Shown here: one piece after another, positions 48,974-58,037 of the stretch
How positions within the stretch are numbered: the first letter of the stretch is position 1
Layout of the letters: the number at the start of each line of letters is the position of its first letter
Assembly (NCBI GenBank): GCA_046290225.1
Contig: JBKAGE010000003.1
Location: 33,244 to 97,243, forward strand
Reading direction: 5' to 3'
Length of the DNA stretch: 64,000 nt
Source of the DNA: Bradymonadia bacterium
GTDB taxonomy: Bacteria; Myxococcota_A; Bradymonadia; UBA7976; UBA1532
Notes under the pieces: generated by a model
Told to the model about the DNA's origin: nothing
What the model saw: the letters and a program-made list of their open reading frames with translations, nothing else
The model's database searches: none
Program-made: the position numbers and the translations under genes

Positions 48974-50098
48974 CTAGAACTCATCTTCACTCGCTGCCCT
49001 GATCCGATGGATCACCTCGGGCAGGATGTGCATCACCTGCTCGATCTCTTCTGCTGTCGTCTCCGGGCCGAGCGAGATGCGCAGCCCCGAGCGGGCAGAC
49101 TCTGGATCGAGGCCCAACGCCGTCAGCACTGGAGAAGGCTCGACGGAGCCCGATGAGCACGCGGAGCCGCTGCTGATGTACACACCTTCGAGATCGAGGG
49201 CGGCGAGCACCACGTCTCCGGGCACACCATCGATGCGGAACGCCAGCGTGTTGGGCAAGCCCTCTCCAGGCACCCCGTGTATGATGACGCCGGGCACCGC
49301 AGCCAACAAGCGCTGTTGGAGCTGGTCTCGCAATTCCGCGACTCGGGACATCTGCTCGATCCGCGCCGGAATCCGCTCTGCGGCAACCCCCAGGCCCACG
49401 AGGCCGGCGACGCTCTCGGTACCGCCACGCAGGCCCCTCTCTTGAGGGCCACCCCGTTGATGAGGCTCGAGCAGGTGACCGCGCCGGGTCCAGAGGGCGC
49501 CGACGCCTTGTGGGGCGCCGACTTTGTGCCCCGAGAGGGCGAGCATGGTCACCCCAAGCGTCTTTACGTCGATGGGCACCCGACCCCACAGCTGCGCGCC
49601 ATCACACAATACGGGCACAGGGGCCACGGCCTCGACGATCTCAGCCACAGGGTACAGCACCCCGATCTCGTTCTGGGCCCCCATGATCACCACCAACGCC
49701 GTATCTTCTCTCACGGCGTCGGCGTACTGACCGGCGGTGAGTCGGCCCTGACGATCCACGGGGACCGTGATCACCTCGGCCCCGGAGACCTCACAGGCAC
49801 CACGCACCGCGGGATGCTCTACAGCAGAGATCACCACAGATTGCCCAGGGCCGACGCTCCCGACGATGGCCAGATGAAGCGCCTCCGTCGCCCCGGAGGT
49901 GAAGGTGATCTGCGAAGGCCGCTCCGCACCGATGCTCTGACCTACGGCTCGACGGGTTCGCTCCACCGCCGCCCGTGCGCGTCTGCCCGCCTGATGCACA
50001 CTGCTGGCGTTGGCGGGCTGATTGAGCCAGGGGATCATCGCCTGCACGGCCTCGTCGAGGGGGACCGAGGTGGCGTTGTGATCGAGGTAGATGGCCAT
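48974..50098 (-). CDS. iscS: Cysteine desulfurase (IscS/NifS type)
   Basis: IYLDHNAT, FTSGATE, PLP Lys in SGHK, catalytic SSGSACSS. Directly upstream of mnmA. Confidence 0.92.
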   Translation of the reverse strand: MAIYLDHNATSVPLDEAVQAMIPWLNQPANASSVHQAGRRARAAVERTRRAVGQSIGAERPSQITFTSGATEALHLAIVGSVGPGQSVVISAVEHPAVRGACEVSGAEVITVPVDRQGRLTAGQYADAVREDTALVVIMGAQNEIGVLYPVAEIVEAVAPVPVLCDGAQLWGRVPIDVKTLGVTMLALSGHKVGAPQGVGALWTRRGHLLEPHQRGGPQERGLRGGTESVAGLVGLGVAAERIPARIEQMSRVAELRDQLQQRLLAAVPGVIIHGVPGEGLPNTLAFRIDGVPGDVVLAALDLEGVYISSGSACSSGSVEPSPVLTALGLDPESARSGLRISLGPETTAEEIEQVMHILPEVIHRIRAASEDEF

Positions 50099-50377
50099 GG
50101 ACTCGAGCGTTCAGGTGAGGGCGTTGGGGCCACAAAAGCGGCGAATCATAACGGCCCGGTGGGTGGCTTTCAATTCAGCTGGCCATCTCGGCACCAGAGC
50201 GGGACCATCAGGTCTCACCATGTCGTCATTCGCTGCTGCCGATGTCACACCCTGGCGCGTTCCAAGGGCTCTACACCGTGGCGTACCGCCGGCACACCCG
50301 TTGCTCTGAGGTCCTGATGTATCTGCGCCTCTGCAGCGATGTCTCGGAGGCCACCCTGCGACCACTCAGGAGCCGCC

Positions 50378-51766
50378 ATGCGTCTTCGCCTCGCCGCATT
50401 TGTCATGCTGCCTCTCACCATCGCCATGGGCTGTGGCACCGAACAGGCCGAGTCGCCTACAGGACAGGGCCCACCCCTCGTGAACCCGCCACCCTCTGGT
50501 GAGCGACCGGGACGGGCCTGCGGGGAGGTGGACTACCTGGGCTATTGCCGGGGCACGACGGTGGTCTTCTGTCACAACGGCGCGCTCACTGAGTACGAGT
50601 GTGGCGCTCAGGGATGCGGCTGGATTGACGACGAGACGGGCCACTATTGCGGTGGTGGCGATGCCCCACCAGCGCCCATGGGTCCACCTGAGGTCGATCC
50701 GGAGGAGAATGGCCTCTTCCCGCCTCCAGCCCCTGACAAGCCCGAGGAAGATGACCCCCCGGTTGGGCCTTCTCCCGAGCCGGAGCCCGATCCGGTCCCA
50801 GAGCCTGAGCCCTGGCCCGAAGATCCACCGCCGGACCCCGATCCGAACCCTCAGCCCGATCCCGACCCGGCGCCAGATCCCGATCCTGCGCCAGATCCGG
50901 ACAGAGATCCGCCCCCTGATCCCTTGCCGGACCCAGATCGCGATCCACCCCCTGATCCGATCCCAGATCCCATGGGAGATGACTGCTATTTCGAGCCCTA
51001 CGACGCCGACGCCAATGTGGCGAACGCCGAGGCGATGATGCGCAACAACCCCCAGGGCGCGGCTTCTGCCTTCATCGAAGCTCGCTGGCCGGGAGGGATG
51101 GGCCTGATTCGTACCCGGCAGACCTTCTTCGAGATCCTGAGCACCAACTCGTGGAGCAACTTCCTCGACTCGCTGGCCACGGTCATGCACGAGAACACCC
51201 ACGGGTTCCATGCCGACAACGCGCTGTGGCAGCAACGGGCCACTTTCTACATCCGCGACGACATCAGGCTGCAGGCGAACTGGGTACAGACCCCTGCCCG
51301 CTCGGCCATTCGCCAGCGGCTGCCGGATGACTCGGCAGATCTGTACGCCCGCACCTACCTCACCGGGGAGCAGGGCCAGCGGGGCTTCTTCGACGTCATG
51401 GAAGAGTGGGAGTGCTACATCCACGATCTGGCGACATATTCTGTCGCAGCTGACGGCATCCAGGCCTTCGGCTTCAGCGGTCGCGATGGCGCGGTAGCCT
51501 TCGCCTGGTTCCTGACCCACTACCTGCGGATCCTGCGCACCGAGCACAACCAGACCTGGGAGGCCCTGCGGGCGCAGGCCAATATCAGAGAAGCCATCAA
51601 ACTCGACTGGCTGAAGATGCACTTCTGGCTCATCGAGAGCGATCAGCATCCAAGCCACGGCATCAATGACGACCGCATCCGCGGACACCTGTATCAGGCC
51701 GACAACCTACGTGAACTGGAGTTGTTCCTGGGGTTTGCAGTGACTGACAGTCACTGCCTGCCCTGA
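50378..51766 (+). CDS. Lipoprotein: Cys-rich module, Pro/Asp linker, C-terminal HEXXH domain
   Basis: AGGAG RBS, lipobox AMGC, six-Cys module, (DP/EP)n stalk and VMHENTHG. Confidence 0.8.
   Translation: MRLRLAAFVMLPLTIAMGCGTEQAESPTGQGPPLVNPPPSGERPGRACGEVDYLGYCRGTTVVFCHNGALTEYECGAQGCGWIDDETGHYCGGGDAPPAPMGPPEVDPEENGLFPPPAPDKPEEDDPPVGPSPEPEPDPVPEPEPWPEDPPPDPDPNPQPDPDPAPDPDPAPDPDRDPPPDPLPDPDRDPPPDPIPDPMGDDCYFEPYDADANVANAEAMMRNNPQGAASAFIEARWPGGMGLIRTRQTFFEILSTNSWSNFLDSLATVMHENTHGFHADNALWQQRATFYIRDDIRLQANWVQTPARSAIRQRLPDDSADLYARTYLTGEQGQRGFFDVMEEWECYIHDLATYSVAADGIQAFGFSGRDGAVAFAWFLTHYLRILRTEHNQTWEALRAQANIREAIKLDWLKMHFWLIESDQHPSHGINDDRIRGHLYQADNLRELELFLGFAVTDSHCLP
50770..50970 (+). repeat. Coding Pro-Asp/Pro-Glu low-complexity repeat
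   Basis: PEPEPDPVPEPEP...PDPDPAPDPDPAPDPDRDPPPDPLPDPDRDPPPDPIPDP. Confidence 0.9.
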
Positions 51767-51800
51767 GCGGGCATCTCAGCCGAGACTCTGGTGGGGGCGC

Positions 51801-52760
51801 TCAATCGATGGCCATCTGCTCGATGGTCTGACCCTCGAGCGGATCGGCGACGCCCCCCTGCCCTTCGTCGACGCGGGGCGCCTGCCCCCGGAGCACGGAG
51901 TTGCCCTCGAAGAGCATGCGCTGATCGATGGGGGCCGGGCTCTCCCAATCTTCGGCCTTGATCTGACCACTCTGACCATAACAGGCCAGGGCGTTGCCGT
52001 AGCAGAGATCGTAGACGTCTTTCTCGGGGATGCCCCGGGCGAGCATCAGCCGGGCGGTCTTGGGCACCGCCAGTGGATCAGAGACACCCCAGTCGGCGCT
52101 GGAATCGATGAAGATCTGCTTCGACCCGTACTTACGGGCGATGTGCACCATGCGCTCGGAGCCCATCTTGGTCTTGGGGTACAGGGTGAAGGCCGCCCAG
52201 AAGCCCCGCTCGATGGTCTCTTCCACCGTCTCTTCGTTGTTGTGATCGACCACCACCTTGCTCGGGTCGAGGCCATGCTCGATGCAGACATCCATGGAGC
52301 GGCTGGTGCCCCGCTTCTTGTCCCGGTGAGGGGTGTGGATCATCACCATCATGTCGAGCTCTTTGGCCAGCTCGAGCTGGGCCCGGAAGTACTTGTCTTC
52401 GAGGGCGGTCTGCTCGTCGTACCCGATCTCGCCGATGGCCACGACGCCTTCTTTGACGGCGAAGCGGGGCAGGATCTCCATCACCGCCTCGGCGAGGGCC
52501 TCGTTGTTGGCCTCTTTGCTGTTGAGGCCCATGGTGCAGTAGTGGCGGATGCCGAACTGAGAAGCGCGGAACCGCTCCCAGCCCACGAGGGTGCTGAGAT
52601 AGTCGATGAAGGTGTCCACAGACGTTCGGGGCTGACCGAGCCAGAACGCGGGCTCGATGACGGCCACCACACCGGCGGCGGCCATGGCCTCGTAATCGTC
52701 GGTGGTCCGGGCGTTCATGTGGATGTGGGGATCGATGAACTTCATCGGGATATCGGACAT
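51801..52760 (-). CDS. eboB: EboB, TatD-family hydrolase
   Basis: FIDPHIHMNARTTDDYEAMAAAG...EPAFWLGQPRT, GLNSKEANN, HTPHRDK, SADWGVSDPLAVPKT. Follows eboA. Confidence 0.9.
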   Translation of the reverse strand: MSDIPMKFIDPHIHMNARTTDDYEAMAAAGVVAVIEPAFWLGQPRTSVDTFIDYLSTLVGWERFRASQFGIRHYCTMGLNSKEANNEALAEAVMEILPRFAVKEGVVAIGEIGYDEQTALEDKYFRAQLELAKELDMMVMIHTPHRDKKRGTSRSMDVCIEHGLDPSKVVVDHNNEETVEETIERGFWAAFTLYPKTKMGSERMVHIARKYGSKQIFIDSSADWGVSDPLAVPKTARLMLARGIPEKDVYDLCYGNALACYGQSGQIKAEDWESPAPIDQRMLFEGNSVLRGQAPRVDEGQGGVADPLEGQTIEQMAID

Positions 52761-52777
52761 CAGGGGTGCGCTCCTCT

Positions 52778-53671
52778 CTAAATCAGTCCCGCGTCACGTA
52801 CCAAAGACGCCCAAGTGAGAGATCCAGTTTCGATGGCCTGCGACAACTCGGGGTGATCTTTGAGCACCTCACCGGCATCGGGGTGCGGACTCGCGGCGAG
52901 GGCCAATGCCCCTGCCTGTCGTTCGTGGAGATCGTCACTGGCGAGTACCCGCTTGAGATCAGCGATGGTCTCGTCGGTGGCGTAACGGCTGGTGCACCGC
53001 CACAGCTCGGGGGTGATGGTCCGGCTGGCAGCCCACCGCTCGTGGGCGTAATCGCACAACATTCGGGTGAGCTCGGGGTTCTGACGGGCGTCGAGACCTT
53101 GGATGTGGAACAGGGTGCTGCCGATGAAGATCGACTTGAGCACCAGATGGTTCCAGGCCACCTCGTCGAACCGCTCCGAGGGGTACGGGTTGTGGTGCGA
53201 GACGGCCTCGAAGACCGCCTTCATGTTGGTCCGGCACCCCTCGGCAGCCCGAGCAACGAAGGCCTCGGACTCCGGGAACAACGGCAAACCCTGATAGAAC
53301 GCCACAAGCTCGCCGACGTCGGCGGTGCGGAAGAGTTTCTCGACCCGGGCGACGAAGCCTTCGGTGCCATGTAGGGCGCTGGTGAGGATCATGAGCAGAC
53401 GGGCAGTCTGATCCACCGTCCAGCCAACTGGATGCCAGCCCTCACGCTGAGCGGCAGCGGCATCGAAATCGTCGGCGGTGAGCTCGAGATCCGACTTCCC
53501 GTACTTCCGAATCGCGAGGCTGACCTCTTTGAAGATCAACCGATCGACGGCAGGACCTGCCTCACGAATGTGTTTGAGGGTGGCGTCGAGCTGCTCGACC
53601 TGTGCTGAGGTGAGCTGCCGCCCCAACCAGCGTCGCAGTAGTCCCGTGGTCTCGTTCAAGGTGTCGTCCAT
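52778..53671 (-). CDS. eboA: EboA domain protein
   Basis: RAAEGCRTNM, NPYPSERFDEVAWNHLVLK, GLDARQNPEL...DYAHERWAASR...PELWRC. Confidence 0.9.
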   Translation of the reverse strand: MDDTLNETTGLLRRWLGRQLTSAQVEQLDATLKHIREAGPAVDRLIFKEVSLAIRKYGKSDLELTADDFDAAAAQREGWHPVGWTVDQTARLLMILTSALHGTEGFVARVEKLFRTADVGELVAFYQGLPLFPESEAFVARAAEGCRTNMKAVFEAVSHHNPYPSERFDEVAWNHLVLKSIFIGSTLFHIQGLDARQNPELTRMLCDYAHERWAASRTITPELWRCTSRYATDETIADLKRVLASDDLHERQAGALALAASPHPDAGEVLKDHPELSQAIETGSLTWASLVRDAGLI

Positions 53672-53834
53672 GAAAACCTCAGTGATCTTCGAGGGCCATG
53701 ATGATCAGTATGAACCCTCACCGGCCATCTGTGACATTCGGGATATAGGCAGAGTTACCCTATCACCGGTTTGACGCCCTGGCCTCAGCTTCATAGCATC
53801 GGCAGCGCCACCAGGACACTTGGGAGCATTTGAG

Positions 53835-54539
53835 ATGAATCGTCTGGTCGTGTGGGGGTTTGCTGCGCTCTTGATCACCATCTTCGGGTGCACAAAGAGC
53901 GAAGAACAGGCTGAAGGCAACGGGGTAGACGAGCTCGCAGGTCCGCCTGATCTGCTCACAGTGACGGACACCACCCCCGATTTGATGTTCAGATACGAAT
54001 CGGGGCAAAACGCCTCGGGCATCGAGTACAGCGTTGCGCCCACGATCAAAGATGTACCCCGCAAGGCCCGAGAGGCGGTGCTGGTGGTCGACCTGAATCA
54101 GTCCCCTGAAGAGCGCCGAGCGGGGCGTTACGCCCAGGTCTTCGATTTACGTAAGAAGCAGGCGGACGGTACCTACCCCGGGCGCGTCATCTCCCTGGTG
54201 AACATCCAGAGGGTGCCCCAAGCCGCTGCCCGCCGCCTGCTCGCCGACGAGAAGCAGACAGTTCAGGCAGAGAAGGCAGAAAAGAAGCGCCCGGCCCGGG
54301 TCATCATGTACTCGACGAAGTGGTGTGGGTACTGCAAGAAGGCCAAACGCTTCATGGAGCGTAAGAAGATCCCCTACATCGAGAAGGACATCGAGACTGA
54401 TCCTCAGGCGATGAAAGAGCTGGGGACCAAGATCGCCGCCTCGGGCAAAAAGATCCGCGGGGTGCCTGTCTTCGACCTCGGCGGCAAGCTTGTGCCGGGC
54501 TTCGACAAGAACAAGATTCTGGCCTACCACACTCAATGA
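53835..54539 (+). CDS. Glutaredoxin-domain lipoprotein
   Basis: Lipobox IFGC. C-terminal YSTKWCGYCKKA...YIEKDIE...GVPV...GF. Confidence 0.88.
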   Translation: MNRLVVWGFAALLITIFGCTKSEEQAEGNGVDELAGPPDLLTVTDTTPDLMFRYESGQNASGIEYSVAPTIKDVPRKAREAVLVVDLNQSPEERRAGRYAQVFDLRKKQADGTYPGRVISLVNIQRVPQAAARRLLADEKQTVQAEKAEKKRPARVIMYSTKWCGYCKKAKRFMERKKIPYIEKDIETDPQAMKELGTKIAASGKKIRGVPVFDLGGKLVPGFDKNKILAYHTQ

Positions 54540-54597
54540 TATAACCCGCGGCTTCGAGGTTCTCCGAGGACCTCCCACAGACGCTCTGGAGCCGCTG

Positions 54598-55458
54598 ATG
54601 TCTGCCCCCACCGTGCACCCCATCGCCCTCAGCCCAGGTACTCCCCTCGTCGAAGCCCTCGAGGCGCGCTGTGCTCAGCTGCAGATCGCCGATGCCCGCG
54701 TGCTGATCCGCGGAGGGCTCACCGCCGTGACGCTACAGCCCACGGTGGATGATCCACCCGTGACGCTCTCCGGACGCCTGCACTGTGTGTATGCCGAGGG
54801 CTGGCTCAAGGGCGGTGAGCTGGAGATTCACGGCCTCGTCTCGTGGGCAGGGCCGGGCATGCCTGGCAGCCTCGGTGGGATCTTCGAGGCGGCGGTGTGT
54901 GATCACATCGAAGTCATGGTGAGCCCATGGAGCCTCGCCGACAGTACGAGCGCGACACCTGCGAAGCCGACGAAGGCCCGCCGCGGAAGTGCTGCCCCCA
55001 AAGAGGTTGCACCGAAGAAGGCCAGCCGAAAGACCCCAGAGAGCCCGGTGGTGGATCTCTCGGAGGAGATGGACGCCCTGCAAACACCCGCAGCGCCTCC
55101 ACGACGGGCTCCCAAGTCAACGCCAGCACCCGAGCCGGCGGCCTCAACGGGTTGGGGCGCCGCGGTGGCGCAGTCGAAGAAGACGAGCACTCCGCGCCGC
55201 AGCACGCCTCGGGGGTCGAAGCCCACAGCAGTGGATCCCAAGGGCGTGAACGGAGATGAGCTGCAGGTGGGCGATCTGCTGCAACACCCTCGCTTTGGCC
55301 GCTGCCGGGTCATGCGCCCTGCAGAGCGGGGCAAGGTGAAGGTGCGGCTCCCTGCAGGCCGGCTCACCGATCTGCATCTGAAGGTGGTGCGCCTGATTCG
55401 GCAGCCCGACGAGAACGGAGCCCGGGTCTTCAAGGTGCTGATCGCACGGCGAGACTGA
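54598..55458 (+). CDS. PPC/DUF296-like N-domain, basic linker, small beta-barrel C-domain
   Basis: IALSPGTPLVEAL...IHGLVS...GG is a loose PPC match. P/A/K/T linker, then VGDLLQHPRFGRCRV. Confidence 0.6.
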   Translation: MSAPTVHPIALSPGTPLVEALEARCAQLQIADARVLIRGGLTAVTLQPTVDDPPVTLSGRLHCVYAEGWLKGGELEIHGLVSWAGPGMPGSLGGIFEAAVCDHIEVMVSPWSLADSTSATPAKPTKARRGSAAPKEVAPKKASRKTPESPVVDLSEEMDALQTPAAPPRRAPKSTPAPEPAASTGWGAAVAQSKKTSTPRRSTPRGSKPTAVDPKGVNGDELQVGDLLQHPRFGRCRVMRPAERGKVKVRLPAGRLTDLHLKVVRLIRQPDENGARVFKVLIARRD

Positions 55459-55568
55459 AACGCCCACCAAGGCGTTCGGCCACAGCCACCTTGCCCACCC
55501 GACGTCTGGCGATGTACGCTTCCTTCACACATTCACTGTCCATGTCAGCCACGAGAAGGAGGGAGCTC

Positions 55569-56537
55569 ATGGCGACCGATCCCGAGAAGCGGGGGATGCA
55601 CCGCCGTTCTTTCATGCAGACACTTGGCGCAGCGGGCGCGGTGGGGGCCGCGACGACGCTGGTGCCCACGCTCAGCTCTGCCAACCCCGATGAAGAAGCC
55701 GGCTTCGAGGTCGTGGACCTCGCAGCTGAAGGCTTCCCCGAAGATGAGGCCCCTGTCCCCTTCCCTGGCACCGCCGATGAGTACAACGCTCTCGAGCTCC
55801 CCGAGATCGAGCGCCCGGTGCTCGACGAGGGCTTCGAGTATGGCGACGACGCTCTGGTGGACGAGTGGCTCGAAGCCATCGACGCCGGTGACGACATCGA
55901 CGCCCTCGATGCCCGCGATCTGGCTCGGGAGATCATCGCCGAGCAAAAGGCCGAGCTCGCTGCTCGTCGGCGAGAGGTCTACGTCAAGCGTACCTCTGAG
56001 CAGAGCCGCAAGCGCGCAGTGCGCACGGAGCTCCAGGCCCGGCGCCAGCAAGAGGCCGCCCGTAAGCGGGCCGTACGCGCCAGCCAGGAAGAGCAGCGCA
56101 AGAGCAGCCGGAACCGCTTGCGAGAAGAGCACGCCAAGTCGGACGCCCCTGCTCAGGTGCGCCGCGAGGCCCACCAGAAGCGGCGTCAGCGCAACCAGGA
56201 GCAGCGGGTGAAGCAGTCCGCTCAGCGCACTCTGGAGCGACGCAGTTTGGAGAAGGAGCGCAAAGCCCTCGCCGCAGATCGCGCGGAGTGGCGCGAAGCC
56301 CGTGCCGAAGAGCGCGAGGCGATGCAGGCACGCCGGCGAGAGGCCAGGGCCAAGCGCCTCACGTTGCGCCGCCGGGCAGAGCAGAACTTGAAGTCGGAGC
56401 GCCAGTTCGCGGAAGAGAACCAGAAGATGGGCCGCGCGCAAGAGCAGGGCTCCAAGCGCCGGGCTGCTGAAGAGAAGCACAAGCGCGCCGAGCTGGATCG
56501 CGACCGCGAAGAGCACGCCAAGCAAGAGATCCGGTGA
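55569..56537 (+). CDS. Tat-exported protein with acidic segment and 14 ExxxK motifs (candidate precursor A)
   Basis: Strong RBS AGGAGGGAG, twin-Arg HRRSFM, h-region and SSA cleavage site. Acidic middle, Arg/Glu/Gln-rich C-terminal half. Confidence 0.85.
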   Translation: MATDPEKRGMHRRSFMQTLGAAGAVGAATTLVPTLSSANPDEEAGFEVVDLAAEGFPEDEAPVPFPGTADEYNALELPEIERPVLDEGFEYGDDALVDEWLEAIDAGDDIDALDARDLAREIIAEQKAELAARRREVYVKRTSEQSRKRAVRTELQARRQQEAARKRAVRASQEEQRKSSRNRLREEHAKSDAPAQVRREAHQKRRQRNQEQRVKQSAQRTLERRSLEKERKALAADRAEWREARAEEREAMQARRREARAKRLTLRRRAEQNLKSERQFAEENQKMGRAQEQGSKRRAAEEKHKRAELDRDREEHAKQEIR

Positions 56538-57970
56538 CGGCAGACACACCGAGACATCGCCTCGTCGATGACTTTCTGTCACCAAACCAGGTGAGCACCC
56601 TGAGAGCGTTGGTCCTTCACCAGGCTGACGCTGCCGACTGGGCTCAGAGTGACGTGGGTCGCGTCGGTGAGCTGCTGGCCACCGAACACCCCGCGCTCAA
56701 CGCCCTCGTGGCAAAGCTCGACACGCTCATCGGTTTGCCGACCGCGCTCGAGCCCTTCGTCCGCTGTCGCATCGCCGAGGCAGGTGCCAGCCATCCGGCC
56801 CACCTCGACACATATGTCATGGATGGCTGTGCGCTGGTGGCAACGGCGCTGGTGTATCTCGACGCAGTGGAAGGCGGTCACACAGTCTTCGAGTCGGTGG
56901 AGCCCCCAATGGCCGTAGCGCCCCAACCTGGGCGGGCGCTGGCCTGGCTCAACGTACGCGGTGACGGTCGGCCTGATCCACGCTCCGAGCACGCCATCGA
57001 GGCGGTGAAATCGGGTACCCGGACCACCTTGACCTGGTTTGTGTATGCCACGCTCGAGGCTGCTCAAGAGGCAAGGCTGCGAGGCCTCGAATCTGATGCA
57101 GCACCGCTCATCGCCGATCTCGACGCGCCCACCACCGGGCCTCGGTTCTACTGCATCGACGATGGTGTGCCTCAGGAGACCGTACGCTCTCTCTATGATG
57201 CCTGCACTGCTCGAGGCTTGACCTTCGTGCGGGTGAGGCCTCGAGAGGTGGATCCCCGCCGTGGCCCCCTGGAGGTTGGCGCTCTGCTCTACACACCCTC
57301 GACGAGCATGGTGGCAGAGCGCATGGAGCAGCGCCTCTGGCGACCGGGCGTGGTGACGTTCCATCGCCGCCCGGAGGGACCATTCGTCAGCACGCTCAAC
57401 CCGCTGCTGGCTTTCGAGCGCGCTGGTTTGCCCGTCCCTCGCTGGCTCCAGGTAGAGACAGCCCCAGGAGACAAACTCGAGGGCTGGGTGGAGTGGCTCG
57501 GTGGCTTGCCGATTGTGGTCAAGTCAGGCGGCGGTGAGGGCGGCGTAGGCACCCTGCGGGCCGACTCCATGCCGGCCTTGAGATCATTGCTTGATCTACT
57601 CCTGCACCAGGGGCGCACGCCCACACTGATGGAGTATGTGCCCGAAGCTGTGCACCTGCGCCTGGTCGTCGTCGGTGACGATGTGGTGACCTGTTATCGC
57701 AACCCTGTGCGCTCAGGCGATTTCAGGAGCGAGCCCAGCATCGACGCTGCCGACTACGACATCGAGGCCGAGCCTGACATCATCGAGTTGGCGGTTCGAG
57801 CCAGCGAGGTGGTCGGGTACGCCTTTGCCGGGGTGGACGTCTTGATCGATCCTGAGGGCGGTCGATGGCTGCTCGAAGCCAACTTCCCCTGCTACTTCCC
57901 CCAAGCAGAGACCTTCGGCGCCGACGTCGCTGGTGCCATGATCGACCATCTCACGCGGCTGGCCCCCTGA
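56534..57970 (+). CDS. 2OG-Fe(II) oxygenase (prolyl-4-hydroxylase-like) fused to RimK-type ATP-grasp ligase
   Basis: Oxygenase: HLD, TALVYL...EGGHTVF, PGRALAW, EH...V.SGTR. Ligase: LPIVVK, GEGGVG, MEYVP, RLVVVG, GDFRS, AGVDVL, LLEAN. GTGA overlap with the upstream gene. Confidence 0.9.
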   Translation: MTADTPRHRLVDDFLSPNQVSTLRALVLHQADAADWAQSDVGRVGELLATEHPALNALVAKLDTLIGLPTALEPFVRCRIAEAGASHPAHLDTYVMDGCALVATALVYLDAVEGGHTVFESVEPPMAVAPQPGRALAWLNVRGDGRPDPRSEHAIEAVKSGTRTTLTWFVYATLEAAQEARLRGLESDAAPLIADLDAPTTGPRFYCIDDGVPQETVRSLYDACTARGLTFVRVRPREVDPRRGPLEVGALLYTPSTSMVAERMEQRLWRPGVVTFHRRPEGPFVSTLNPLLAFERAGLPVPRWLQVETAPGDKLEGWVEWLGGLPIVVKSGGGEGGVGTLRADSMPALRSLLDLLLHQGRTPTLMEYVPEAVHLRLVVVGDDVVTCYRNPVRSGDFRSEPSIDAADYDIEAEPDIIELAVRASEVVGYAFAGVDVLIDPEGGRWLLEANFPCYFPQAETFGADVAGAMIDHLTRLAP

Positions 57971-58037
57971 CGGGCGAGATTGCCCCACCCCCCACCTGCC
58001 GGTACGCTCATCCCAGACTCAACTCGAGGAGGGAGAG

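Noticed and set aside
55974..56522. Precursor A as an ordinary TolA-like or coiled-coil charged protein
   Set aside because: Not excluded, but disfavoured by the Lys-specific i+4 pattern, the paralog with helix-breaking spacers and the coupling to an ATP-grasp gene.
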